A stretch of 64,000 bases of DNA from Malacoraja senta (GCA_038087875.1 CM075998.1:2170001-2234000), one strand, 5' to 3'. Shown: positions 26,313-39,180, counted from the stretch's first letter. Translations and numbers: made by a program. The notes: generated by a model not told the origin, from the sequence alone.

Positions 26313-26905
26313 ACACTTGTCGCTTTACCTCCCCCCTTGACTCCATTCAAGGACCCAAGCAGTCTTTCCAGGTGCGGCAGAGGTTCACCTGCACCTCCTC
26401 CAACCTCGTCTATTGCATCCGCTGCTCTAGATGTCAGCTGCTCTACATTGGTGAGACCGAGCGTAGGCTTGGCGATCGCTTCGCCGAACACCTCCGCTCG
26501 GTTCGCAATAACCAACCTGATCTCCCAGTGGCTCAGCACTTCAACTCCCCCTCCCATTCCGAATCCGACCTTTCTGTCCTCGGCCTCCTCCATGGCCAGA
26601 GTGAGGACCACCGTAAATTGGAGGAGCAGCACCTCATATTTCGCTTGGGCAGTTTGCACCCCAGCGGTATGAACATTGACTTCTCTAATTTCAGGTAGTC
26701 CTTACTTTCTCCTCCCCTTCTCAGCTCTCCCTCAGCCCACTGGCTCCACCTCTTCCTTTCTTCTTCCCGTCCCCCACCCTCACATCAGTCTGAAGAAGGG
26801 TTTTGGCCCAAAACGTTGCCTATTTCCTTCGCTCCATAGATGCTGCCTCACCCACTGAGTTTCACCAGCACTTTTGTCTACCTTTGATTTTGCAGTTCCT
26901 TCTTA
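26313..26905 (+). mobile_element. 5'-truncated Penelope-like retroelement: GIY-YIG endonuclease C-terminal ORF plus 3' terminal repeat with hammerhead motif
   Basis: Open frame to 26698 (NLVYCIRCSRCQLLYIGETERRLGDRFAEH...VAQHF...GMN). CTGAAGA-AGGGTTTTGGCCC-AAAACGTT at 26790-26817. 11-bp TSD AGCAAAAAGCT at 26302-26312 and 26906-26916. Confidence 0.93.
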
Positions 26906-27994
26906 AGCAAAAAGCTTTGTGTTGTGTCTTTGTTTCCTGCACATTCAGTGAGATGGGCTGTGTTAAGTCTGTGTGCTGAATTGTGTTTTTTGCCAGTAAC
27001 ACAGGGTGATCATGCTTGTCGGAGGGGAAAGTCCATGCGTTTGTGGGGAAGCTGGGTGAGCAAGGAAGAAAGCAGCAAATTTGAATTGACTCCGCAAAAT
27101 AGTACTTTGTCAGACGATAGTCCCTGGCCAGACATGAAAGCTAGTATCATCCTGAGAAATGAAGTTCTGTGAAATGCTTGGTTAAAATTGACGCCTTTTC
27201 AAAAGGGTGGTATTACTGTGGGGTCAACATTTCAGAAATTGGCATATTTCCTAAGTTGGCTAATGAGTAACCCTGGACTGCCATGGGCAGATTTCTTTGC
27301 CATGCATGACTTTTATATTCAATTCTGCTTCCATTAAATTATGTAGCTGCGACATAGTTCGTTCCTTCCATATGCCCCTGGTCCAGTTAAGTCTCAGTTC
27401 AAATGCTCATACAATGCAGATAGAAATCACAGGTTTTCTTGCAGTGATGCCAAAATTTGAGCTGCTTCTTGTTCTATTGTGAGTTACGAATAATGGCATT
27501 GGTGCTTCAGTTATTCTCAATTATCTCTTCCCTTTAAAGATATTAAGAATTATTCCTGATTAGCTTAAAGTTACGTTTGAGCATACTTGATAACAAAAGG
27601 TTGTGCCACACTTTGTGCCGAGTCAGTTTTGTTGTCGTTTGCACAATGTACGGTGAGGTACAATAACAATCTTGTTTGCAGCAGCAACACAGTCCATCCA
27701 TTATGTAGCCTCTTTTTGTTTTAAAACAGCATTGGTTGAAACATTTGAGCAAGTTTCTTTATGAATGACTAGTCCATTAGAGTGTGGCACATCTCACATT
27801 TGTGTAGTTGTTGCTAATTCAGCAAGAAGAAAGCAGGCAGGCATTTGGTAATGGTTGGATTTAGAAGAAAAAAATGCATTTGGGTTTAATTTTGTAACCG
27901 AACAAATCTCTGGTCCTAACTAATGCCTTTCTGTTTTTTTAAAACAAAGGGCTATCTGGTCATTGTTATATGGTTGTTTATGAGAACTTGTCGT

Positions 27995-29445
27995 AAGTGG
28001 AAAATAGGAACCGGCGCATATCATCTGTTATTCAATAAGATTGTTGCTCATCTGATCTTTATCTTTTTTTCTGCCATATTCCCATATCGCTTAAATGCAT
28101 GTAGTAATAACTTAATATTCACAACTCTCTGGGGAAACGATACACAGCCTTAATGAGAAGAAATTCCTCTGCATTTCAATCAAGTGACTGACCCTTTATG
28201 TGAGACTGTACTCTTGTCCTGCACCCTCCCACTAGAGGAAATATCCTCACAATATATCTGCAGCCTTAAGCTCCCTTAGATACTCGTACCTTTCAATGAG
28301 ATCATTGATTCTTCTGAATACCCAGTGGGTTGGCCCAGGGTGTACTACCTTTGCTCTCCTTCCATCCTAGGAATCACTGCCCTCAAAGCAAATGTATTTT
28401 TATAAAGACCAAAAACAATGCTCAAGGTATGGTTTCACCAAAGTCCTGTTGAGGTGTAGTTTAAAAAAAAACACCTCCTGCTCTTGTACCCCGTCCACCC
28501 TGACATGAAGACCAATGTCTTTCTTTTTCAGAGGGGTGCTAACTGTGTTTGTTGTACGAGGACACCCAGATCTCACCAAACACCAATATCTAATCATCTC
28601 GTGTTGTGAAATAATATTCTGCCTTCTCATCTTTGTACCAGTTGGTAACTTTGTATTTCACAGAATTATTTTCCATCTGCTATCACTTTGCCCACTCACT
28701 TAATCTGCCTATATCCCTTTGTAGATTTAAAAAAGAACTGCAGGAGGTACTCAGTGGGCCAGGCAGCATCTGTGGAGGGAAATGGACACACGACATTTCT
28801 GGTCAGGATTCTTCTTCAGCAGTTTTTTTTTAACACAAGATTCCAGCATCTGCAGTCTCTTGTTTCTCCCGTCAATTATTTTTATATGCTCTTTCCAACC
28901 CGAGTACTGTTAGTGCACATAAATGCATTCCACCTTGTCCCATTATCTAAGTCATTGTAATAGATTAATAGCTGAGGCTTGACACTTGGGGAACCCCACA
29001 GCTTACCATGTCAAAAATGATATTTTTATAGTGCCATTGCAATCAGATAGGCCATCCTCTACCATGCTGAGGTCAGGTGTCGGCTCAGCTAGTGATGTTT
29101 TAGGAATCCAAAAACTCTACATCCACCAATTCCCCACTGTTGGCCCTGCTTATACGTTTCTTAAAGTTTCATAAAACAATATTCATTCTCTATAATTACA
29201 CTGTGTTCTTCTACATGCTCAGTTATCATTTCCTTAATACTTCTAGCATTTTGCCCACAACCCTTGATTTCACTTGTGGTACAAAAATCTTTCTCAGTCT
29301 TCAATGCATGTAATAGCCATGATGGCTAGGCATCAGGCAAGTTCCTGTTTCCTCCTCCCTTTCTTCTACAGCTGTGTCATGTTTGCTGTTCTATTCTCAG
29401 TCTGCTGGGACCTTTCCAGAATCTAGGATTTTGGAAAATGGCAGC
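27995..29445 (-). mobile_element. Decayed CR1-type LINE, interrupted
   Basis: Minus-strand LHLNRTLVKPYLEHC (compare CR1 LY.TLVRPHLEYC); CR1 3'-like sequence near 28000. Confidence 0.65.
28731..28868. mobile_element. Penelope-derived element, antisense body plus sense tail
   Basis: ctcagtgggccaggcagcatctgtggaggg...cttcttcag then ttccagcatctgcagtctc. Confidence 0.75.
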
Positions 29446-29554
29446 CAATGCATCGACTGGAAAGAGAAGCACAGTTGATATTTCAGGTCAATAAGCATTC
29501 GTCGGATTCCTTGGTGAGGTGTGGTCCCATTCCACACATTGCGTCTATACTCTT

Positions 29555-29693
29555 TGAAAGGTCATTGAGCTGAAACATTAACTGTTTCTTTCCCCACAGA
29601 AGCCACCTAATATGCTGAGCATTTCCAGCACTTTCTGTTTCTGATTTTCAGCACTTTCTGTATCCGATTTCCAACATCCTGCAGTGTTTTGCT
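29555..29693 (+). mobile_element. Old Penelope-derived element, with an antisense partner at ~29445-29505
   Basis: gaaaggtcattgagctgaaacattaactgtttct...tgctgagcatttccagcactttctg. Confidence 0.6.
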
Positions 29694-32292
29694 CATCAAT
29701 GCTTCCAGTATTGCTGTGGGACACTGAAATGTATTTCATGAACCCATCCTCAAGATCACCTTTTGTCAATTTGATTTGAGCAGTCTCTGAAGATTTTAGA
29801 TATGATAGAGGCATTTAAGAGGCTTATGGATATGCAGGGATATGGATTAGGTGCTGGTAGATAAGAGATGGTCTTGGCATCATGTTCGGCACAGGTCAAA
29901 GGTCCATTTCTTGTGCTGTACCATTTTATATTCAGATTTCCAATGGTCAGTACACAACTTTTATTACAGTCCCTATTATTTCATGATTGATGCCATGTCC
30001 ATCAGTACTGTTTCTGTCAGGGAATCTCTAGACTTCTCACTAGTATTTTTTAATTGTCTTTTTGTGTTGCTCCGATCTTTAGCCGAGGTGCGTATCTCCC
30101 TATCCTCATGCAATTTGTTATTATCAGAGTTGCTATCTCTTTCATTTTTCACCCCCCCCCCCCTCCATTTCCATTCTGCCTAGTTTTCCAAGCGATCAAG
30201 TACCCTGAAACATTCAATTTACAGGGTTGTCCACCTTGAAGTTATGTCTCTATAAAGGCCAAGAGATCAAGCCCATTTTATCTCTATTTTTGCTGCAAAC
30301 TTGTCTATCATGTTATGAATCCTCCATGCACCTACATAAAGACCCATTAGTTTTTTTTTTAACCCATTTGACCCTATTTACTGCTGATCTATTACCCCAT
30401 ACCCTTTGGCTTTCAAACGATGACATGCTTCAAAAATATTTCATGGGGTGCAGAACACTTTGGGTTATCTTGTGGCTATGAAAGACATGAGAGAATTGAA
30501 GTTTATTTTTAATTGTTCTTGCGCATTTCTGTTGTTTAAGAAGAGTTAGAAGGATAGACAGTTAAATGTGTCTATCTTTGATCAATGAAGACAAATTGTG
30601 CTCCAATGGAAACACTAATTTGTTCAAATGAAGGAATTGAATTGTATACTTGGGTCGCTCCATTAAGTGGTCAGCAGTCTCATTTTCTGAGCTCTGGAAT
30701 TCATTACGAGGAGATGCACAAAATAAGTTTGTGGTGCACTGCAGGCAGCTTTTTGGTTCTGTTCCAATTTAATGGGATTTATTTATTGCGGATTGTTTCT
30801 GAACTGATTTGTCAAAATGAAAATGATCTGTAAAGGGGTCCTTCATAAAGGAGCTGAAAGGATTTAAGCAAGAGGACAGACTTATGTGGTCCGCAGCTTG
30901 GACATTGCCAACATTACAATTGAGTGAAAGGAAGAATGTTTGTTGTGGGACTCAGGACTCTCATGCACCCAAGTTATATTTTCGAGCTTTTTTTCCTGAT
31001 ATTTCTTGATTAAATGTCGAGGTGTTTCGGGAAACATTTGTATTTAAGTGCGAGAGATGACAAGCAAATCGCATATTTAATCAGCAAACTTCCTAAGAGC
31101 GGTTAAGAAGTATAATTTGTTGGTATATTCAGCATAATTTTGTTGACCAATTTGTGCAATGTATTGTGTTGTCTGTATAATCTTTTAATTTGATGTGTCG
31201 TTAATGCTTTCATAGTTGCATGCTGCTTGCAGTCTTTAAAAGATATTTAAGTTATATCTACAGTCATAGTTTACCGCTGGGCTTGGAAATAAAAAAAACT
31301 GAGCACATGTCCTCGTGGAACTGAGAAATCCTTTCTCCTCGAGCTGATTTTTCCCTTGCCTTCTTGACAAGGTGTTGGCTTTTTTATTGTGGTTCTGTCT
31401 CTTTGTCACTGTTTGCCCTTAGTGCTTGATCAAAGTACCCATTTAAGTCAACAACACATATGAAAGGCAGCCCAACCACAGGGGAGGTTGTCCTCTGTTA
31501 TTCCTGATTGAGTTCTCCCCTGATGCTTGTGTACTTCCAGCAGGGATCACTGGATGGGGGATTGGGAACAACAACCTATTTCTCCAATCCAGCCAGTTGT
31601 AGTTGACAGCTGCTGTTCTGTTAAGCACAGATCTGAAACTGAACTGTGACAACCTGGTTGGGTTTATCTTATCCATTCACTGGATAAATGTTGGTGCCAT
31701 TAGAGATGCATATTAAAAATCTTTCAGACTGCACATTTCCCTGGCGGACAACCCAGAAAATTGCAAGCCTCTTCAATTTTGCATGCTTCCTCTTTTCCTC
31801 TCATCCATATAGGTTGGGTAGAGTACTACGAACTCCCAAATACTGAGCCACCAGATGCATTCAGCGCTGTTCAAATGACCACAATTGCTTGGGAATCCAA
31901 GATTCCGCAATTGGCTTTTCAAAATGTTGACCTTTTTCATGTTGTCAATTTGAATAGATATAGCCCTTCAGAAGGGAAATACACGTTGTAAAATATTTTC
32001 ATAATAAAAGCCTTTCACTATATGAATAGGTTGGTACTGATTGTAATATTCCTGACGTATTTAGCTAATGTAAATAGCATTTTAACAGCATTTTTGAAGC
32101 GGTTTTGACTGAAAAATGTTTGAAGATTATTCTGCACAATTAAATTAAATCAAGATTATTATTCTTCTGCAGCAAGGTGCAAGGCAGCAATCGTTCAGGG
32201 CTGAATGTAAAGTTCATAAATTTAAACTTCCTATCTATATATAATAAAGGAGCTGTTCTGTTTTTAATACTTGCTGAAGCCTCCATTTTAAT

Positions 32293-32431
32293 GTGTAGAA
32301 AAGAACTGCAGACGCTGGTTTAAATTGAAGGTAGACAAAATGCTGGAGTAACTCAGCAGGACAGGCAGCATCTCCGGAGAGAAGGAATGGGTGAGGTTTT
32401 GGGTCGAGACCCTTCTTCAGACCATTTGTCT
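32293..32431 (-). mobile_element. Short Penelope-derived hammerhead element
   Basis: Full unit; 12-bp TSD GCCTCCATTTTA at 32279-32290 and 32432-32443. Confidence 0.9.
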
Positions 32432-32639
32432 GCCTCCATTTTACTACTACTTTTGTTTACAGTTGGGCTTGGACCAGTTTATTTAAAATCCCATTTTACA
32501 AATTCCCCAATTCCAAGTGAAATTACTCGCAAATAGTGCTTGCTACTTGCTGTTGATAATCTTAACATGCAAAACAACGTTATACACCAAGGAAGACAAA
32601 AGAACAAAAAACAATCATGTAACGTTTTAACATTTCTTG

Positions 32640-32950
32640 GAAATATCGGTGTTTCAGACACAATCAATCTCTTTGAAGTGCCTTGACTGCTTACGCAGGC
32701 AACTGATGAAGTGGGTTACACAAAGTGAGAGCTGACAATCTGCAGTGCAACAAATGATCAATTAAGCTGCTATTACTAAGAAAGCTAACTGAGGTTCATG
32801 GTGAACTTCTTGCTTTTCAATGCTTAGCGTATAATCATGATGGCCATCACAATTCTGCAGATTATCCAAAGATGTTTTCCTCTGGCTCTGAAGCATCTCC
32901 TTTGTCCTGAAGTGTAAGCCAAACATGGGTGTCCAAGTCCTACAGAGGCC
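32640..32950 (-). mobile_element. Old DeuSINE-like remnant
   Basis: Reverse complement resembles the Deu domain and tail (tttgaagtg...gactg...aaatgatcaattaa...ccaaagatg...tgaagtgtaagcc). Confidence 0.5.
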
Positions 32951-34221
32951 TTAAATTAACTGACCATTGAATTCAGTTCAGCAAGCCAGAATATGATAGT
33001 GCTCATAATTTTGAGGGGAGCGAATGAGTGTAACAGCTCAATAATGTGATTGTGGTTGAAATTCTGAACACTAATTTCAGGCGTGCTAGGACAAGATACT
33101 GCGAAGAATGCGTCTTGATCTTTGCATGGTCCAACATATGGGAAACAATAATTAGACCCTTTTACAAAATAACAACAAAACAAATATATCTCTGCCTTGT
33201 GGTGTGTTTGTACCCCACTGCACAGCCTGCATGGGGGAGGGGGGGTTGTGGTAGAATAAGTAAGTATCCTTTCAATGTCTCAAACTTAATTTTATATGAG
33301 ACTAACGTACAAGAAATTGTTCTTGCATGTTAGTTCCATATAAAATTAATTGTAGTTTCTTTGTTCAGACACTTCAAATATTATTTGAGATGTTGAATTT
33401 CCAGAGTTAAGTGCAAGCTGCACATATTCAAATAAATTAATTGAAGTTGCATTTTCCAATTTACTACCATGCAGCAAAACTAAAATCATCTCGGTTTACC
33501 AGTGCTATTTAAACCAGTTTGGCAGGGGGATGGGAACCTCAAAGGGGATTTGGGTAGGTGAGAGAGCAGGAAGAGGATGTCATAAATGGTGAAATAAATA
33601 GATGGTAAAAACAAAGTTGAACAACAAAGGGGTTAAAGTACAGAAAATACATGGCATCTGAATGTTTGTAGCATTTGCAATGAGGTACAAATGTTGGTAT
33701 GATCCTGTTGCCATTACAGAAACATGGTTCCAGAGTGACCAAAACTGGAAACAAATTAGTCCAGAGGATTTGACTTTGTGGAAGGGCAGGCAAAAAGAGG
33801 AAAGGAGTGATCCAGCACTAATAAGGGAAATGATTAGTGCAGTGGCGTGAAATGATCTTGACAAAACAGATCATGATATTGTACGATTGGAATCAATTTG
33901 GATTGAGTGGTGAAATAACAAAAGGCAGAAAAGCATTGGAAGGAGTTATTTATTGACCACAAAATGGTTGTAATGTTGGTCATGTCGTGAATTGGGAAAT
34001 TGGAAATGTGAGACAAGAATAATACTTTAATTGTGGGATACTTTAACCTACATAGAGACTGGATCAAGTTTACTTTAATAAGATGGAAGATGAATTCTTA
34101 TAATGTATTTAAGATTTTTTAGATAAATATGTTGAGGTACCAATTGGGGAAAAGCTATTTTAGATCTCCTTTGATGCAATTGTTAGATAGTTGATGAGTG
34201 ATGAAGTCTGATGACTTCATC

Positions 34222-34315
34222 CAGTCTGAAGGGTCTCAACTCGAAACGTCACCTATTCCTTTTCTCCAGAGATGTTGCCTGACCCTCTGAGTTGCTCCAG
34301 CATTTTGTGTCTATC
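34222..34315 (+). mobile_element. Penelope-derived element nested in a CR1 relic
   Basis: cagtctgaagggtctcaactcgaaacgtcacc...ctccagcattttgtgtctatc. Confidence 0.85.
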
Positions 34316-34638
34316 AATGGTTAGACAACTTTTGTCAAGGGGCCTTTGGGGATGAGTGACCATAATGTGATCAATGATGTAAAACATTGTGAAACTAGGG
34401 GTTTAAATTAAACAAAGAATGCAATGAAGGCATGAGGGTAGAAGAGTTGGCCGTGGTACATTGGGAGAACACGTTGAAAGGCATGACGGTGGATAGACAG
34501 TGATTAGCATTTTAAAGAAATAGTGCACATTTAAAAAAAAGTTAATGCACAAAAAAACAACAGGGCAAGTAATTCATCAGTAGACTGACTTGAGAATGCG
34601 GGTGGTATTAAATTAAAAGAGGCATATAAAGTTGCCAG

Positions 34639-34720
34639 GGTCTCGACCTGAAACATCACACATTCCTTCTCTCCAGAGATGCTGCCTGTCCTGCTGAGTT
34701 ACTCCAGCATTTTGTGTCTA
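34639..34720 (+). mobile_element. 5'-truncated Penelope-derived element nested in a CR1 relic
   Basis: Starts in stem II; TSD TTGCCAG at 34632-34638 and 34721-34727. Confidence 0.85.
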
Positions 34721-36745
34721 TTGCCAGCAATGGTAGTAGGTTGGCTGAGGTTGGCAGCTTTTTAGAATAACTGGTGAGTAGAGATGAAACATTTCTTCCC
34801 TCGGGGTGGTGAACCTTTAGAATTCTCTGCCACGGAATGTTATGTGGACTTGATCATTATGTTAATTCAAAACAGAAGTCTGATATCTAGGCATCAAGAG
34901 AATTGAGGTTTATGAGGGTAACGCTGGAAAATGGCGCGGAGGTACATGATCAGCCAAGATCTTAATGATTGATAGAGTGATCTCGACAGGACAATGGTGC
35001 AATTCTGCTCCTTATGCTAAGTTTGGCATGGAATCGGCCTGGGGTTGCTCTTCCTCTGTACTATAATGAAAGCTTTAAGTTCAAATATGTGCTTGAGTGG
35101 GATGCAAATGCCCAGCTGAATCATCCCCTTGCTGATTTAAGAGCAGTCTTGCTAAAGTTGGGCAATGTAAATCAAAATGATGAAACAAAAATGAGAGAGG
35201 TTTTTAAATGGTAAAGGACAATGGGTCCCACTTGTCAACCAAGTTAGTGATGGATCTGGGCACAGCTTGGGTGTCATCCAAAGCTGTACCAAACACAGGG
35301 TTCCAGATTTTACTGGCAGTATATGCCACATTAAGTGAACGTAACTGCCGTAATGTGAGCCTTGGTGCTCCTGTGATTAGGTGGGTATTATTAAACCAGT
35401 CATGATTCCAGCTCCGGATGCTCCTTTATGGTGAAGGCAAATTGAGCTCAGCTGTAATATTCTTTTTTTTGTTCGAACCCCCACTTGCCTCTTCTTGAAT
35501 CTTTTTTAAAAAAATTGAATAAATAAGCTGTTAACTTCCTGTCAAAGCTCTCGAATGAATAGCCACCTGGACAAGGTGCTGCATCAGCAATAGAATCGTA
35601 TCCTAGCAAATACACAAAAGGAGAAAATTGGAAAGAAACAAATAGATAAAAAGAAACAGATGGAAAATATGACCTGCATTTTAAATGGCAGTTTGTTTTT
35701 GCTCGTTATGTATGAGACTTGCAGTTTGGTTCTCAGCAGGCATTTACTACTGGACCAGAGTGGTCTGCTACCATGGCAAATCCACTGGTTGCCATGACAG
35801 TTTTTGAATTGGATATTTTAATACATAAAGTAGAAAGTCTTTGTTTTTTATTCAGACTAATTTTGCATTCGTAGAACTGAAAGGCCAAGGATTATGGGAA
35901 TTGTACTATGGGGATGGTTTGTTGATTCTGTCAGTTTGGCTTATGACTCGAGCACAATGATAAATTGCATGGATGCATTTCATCCACGGGATTGAATCTG
36001 TTAGAATCTTTTTTTTTCCCCTTTTAAACTGAATGCATTTGTGAATTTAATCCCTGAAGTTAAATTGGATAAATTCTCTCCTGGACAATTATAAAGCAAT
36101 GTGAATTCTATGAAGCAGCATTTTTGTGTTTTTGTTTCAAATTTAGCTGTTACAATTGTAAATCCCTGTTATTTCATTGACCTTCGAGCTGCTTGTAAAG
36201 TCCAATTATGAATCTTCATCGAATTTTAAAGAAAAATAAATTTCAAATTGCAGGTAATGTTTTATCTTTAACCTGGGTTATTTTACATTTATTTTGCTTG
36301 TTTTTCGTGTTGGTAGAAAGCAGCCAAGATTAAAGAAGTATTTTGTGTAAAATGTTATTGTGGTCCAGATACAGCACTAATTGTGTCACGTGATTGCTCT
36401 CGAGGTTGAACTTAATATAGTGAATGCTCAGCTTCTGTTCATAGGAGGTGAAAGAAATAGGAGTGTAGTGTGTGTCTGAAGCTGTTTTCTGACTACTGAG
36501 TGGTGTTAAATGCTGCTGTAATGAAGGCTTTAGTCCAAACTGACCAGTCTCCTGGTTGAAAGATGAACTTTGATAGGTGGCCACTATGCTGGTGGAGGGA
36601 GCAGGGAAGTGGGTGGTGAAGTTCTCCGGAACAATTTAATCTGTAAAAGTGTTCTTTTGGATATGTGGATTATTTCTGAAATGATCTGTTTCTCGAGTAA
36701 CACATATTCATAGCTGATTTGTTACTACCAAATCAAAGAATGGAT

Positions 36746-36864
36746 TGTGTAGGAAGGAACATCGAAGATAGACAGAAAATGCTGGAGTAACTCAGCAGGT
36801 CAGGCAGCATCTCTGGATAGAAGGAATGGGTGACGTTTTGGGTCGAGACCCTTCTTCAGACTGA
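36746..36864 (-). mobile_element. Short Penelope-derived hammerhead element
   Basis: gctggagtaactcagc...tgacgttttgggtcgagacccttcttcagactga. Confidence 0.88.
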
Positions 36865-37431
36865 TTACTGCACAGCTCAAACCATAAAAGTAACCCCACC
36901 CCCTCCCCCCACCACCCCAACCTCCTCCTACCTGCTCTCCCTGAAATCATTTTCAAACGTATTATCCATCTCTTGAGCAGTATAGGTTTAAAGCACTAGC
37001 ATTTTGTAAGCTCCTCTTACTGGGATCTTTAAGCCGACAATTTACCTTGATGATGATTTGGGGCGCCATACTGGGCTCTTAATTTTATTCGCAATATGTA
37101 TGCTTGATGCAGAGAAGAGATACCAAAGGTGGAAATGTTCCATCTTTACTTTGTACTATTACTTTGTATGACCAGAACAAAATCTACATTTTCAGCATAG
37201 TCGTGTTTATGTAAAATAAGCCATATATCTCAAATGCTGAATGGTAGCATCAACTCTGTACAAATCTTCTCTTATATTGTTTTACTTGTGGTATTCACTA
37301 TTTATTGTGGTTGTGGGAAAATTCATGCTCCGTACCTATTCCCTCTTAGCTGAAGGCAGATAATCACTGGTAAGCAGTTGAGAACATGAGGCAATGAGCA
37401 AGTAAACAGCAGTGTCAAAGGCTCTAATTTA

Positions 37432-37975
37432 AAAAAAAGTGCTGGAGGAACTCAGCGGGTCAGGCAGCTTCTGCGGACGGAATGCACACCTGACATTTGG
37501 GGTCGGCCCCCTTCTTCAGACTGATTGGAGTGCGGTGGGGGAGGGTGGGTGGGGGGAGCTAAACCTGGAAGAGAGAGGTGGGGGTGTGACAAAATCTGGC
37601 AAGTGAGAGGTGGATACAGGTGAGGGGGTAGATTGGCAGATGGGTGGAGATAGTGACAACAGCTGGAGATGAAAGAGGGACAAACGGGTGTCAGATGTGG
37701 AAAGAAAAGGAGTGAAATGTAAATCTGGAGGCTTGGGTTGGTTGGAGTGGGGGAAAGAAGGGATATAGGGAAAATGTGGGACCCGGAGAAGGGAGATGAA
37801 TGTACAAAGGAGGGGAAGGAGTAGGTGAATGTGGGAGTGGGATAAATGTGTGTGCACGGGGAGGGCGGGTGACGTGTAGTGGAGATAGTACTTGAAATTG
37901 GAGAATTTATGTGCATACCATTGGATTGTACGCTACATAAGCAGGTCATACAGCTGGGTTGTAAGCTACCCAAGT
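37432..37975 (-). mobile_element. Second, more decayed Penelope-like 3' fragment
   Basis: The minus strand carries remnants of the LGSLxPxGMxIxFSNF endonuclease C-terminus, a pyrimidine-rich 3' UTR and the same terminal repeat (CAGTCTGAAGAAGGGG...GCTGCCTGACCCGCTGAGTTCCTCCAGCAC). Confidence 0.85.
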
Positions 37976-38297
37976 GTTACAGGCTTAGTTGTTTCTGGCA
38001 GTTGTAGAAAGTTCCATTTTTCTTTTCTCAGCAAGTGGTCTTCATTTCAATATGCTTCTGCTGTTATAACTGCCCCATAGTGCTTCCATAGTGCTCTCTG
38101 GTGCTCTCAACTTGCTATTATCATATACTCAAGTCCAATTTTGTCCATTTCCAAACTTTGAATGGATCTGTATGCATTTTGTTCTGTGAAGAAGGATTTT
38201 AGATCTGCTGTGGTATGATCCAAAGTCGCTAAAATGTTGCAATTACTCAATTCAATTAAAAGGCTGTGCAAATTCCGTCTCTTCATTCCTTCTGTGT

Positions 38298-38620
38298 GTG
38301 CCCCACCGGGCCCAGCAACCCTTCCCACAGCTGCGCAGGCGCGGCTGATGGGCCCGGCAAGTGGAAGCACACTGCGCAGGTGCGACTGCCACGTTGAAAC
38401 TTGTCCCATTCACAGTATAAAGTTCATTAAAGTTTATAAAGTGATTTAAAATATAACGAAACTTGCTACTGCACACCGCAGGCGAATGGAGAGTAAGGCG
38501 CCCTAAAATTGTTGCGCTATCGTGTACCGTTTTGGCTGTATTTCGGGAACATACATACATATATATACGTATACATACATACATACACATAGATATATAG
38601 ATATAGATATATAGCTAGAT
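38298..38620 (-). mobile_element. Helitron/DINE-like non-autonomous element with (TATG)n/(TA)n microsatellite
   Basis: CpG-rich block adjoining the microsatellite at 38549-38612. The minus strand begins with TC-like ATCTA...; internal CTGCGCAGG(C/T)GCG(G/A)CTG repeat. No 3' CTRR end was seen. Confidence 0.5.
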
Positions 38621-38919
38621 GTTCATTGTGTGCTCGTAAGCTGAAGGACAACAGTACTGTAGAATTGGATTTTTTTTTCTTCCCACATTTTCTGTGAGCA
38701 GTCATCTCCCGTGTGAGATTTGGCATTGGGTCACCTGTAGTGCTGGGTCCTCTCTTGCTTCAAGCTTGCAGATATTTGACTCCACGAGGGCGCTGAAAGT
38801 TTGATTGCTGCACACTTGTTGCCACCTGGCTCACCTTGAACAACACCTGTACTTGGTGTGTGTCTAGCTAGCCCTGTCATCTTATGGCTCCATCTGACAT
38901 TTCTGATGTTCATTTGCAG

Positions 38920-39180
38920 CCAACTCCATCAAGGTTGAGATGTGCAGCGATGAAGAGGCAGGGAAACTTCTGGCACAGGAGGATGGCGCTAGTGATAAAG
39001 ATGAAGCAGTCATTGCGGATGAGTCTTTGACGGAGCCGCTAGGATTCTGTGAGGGGATGGGGCAGGGACCTCATTCTCCTGGAGGGATTCGCCTTCCAAA
39101 TGGAAAACTGAAGTGTGATCTATGCGGAATGGTCTGCATCGGACCGAATGTTCTTATGGTACATAAGAGGAGCCACACTG
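38920..39180 (+). CDS. ikzf4: IKZF4 coding exon 3, includes C2H2 ZF1 ([21 protein letters not shown])
   Basis: catttgcag acceptor and G|GTAAGT donor, 261 nt. Encodes ANSIKVEM...[16 protein letters not shown]. Confidence 0.97.

Larger units (their letters stand above)
33500..35015 (+). mobile_element. Decayed CR1-type LINE (APE endonuclease region and 3' end)
   Basis: YDPVAITETWFQ, a I.GDFN-like atactttaattgtgggatactttaac, LG.SDHN (ttggggatgagtgaccataat), and a CR1 3' end at 34790-35015. Confidence 0.8.

Noticed and set aside
37452-37973. 173-aa Pro/Ser-rich minus-strand ORF as a gene
   Set aside because: It is a translation of the pyrimidine-rich Penelope 3' UTR.
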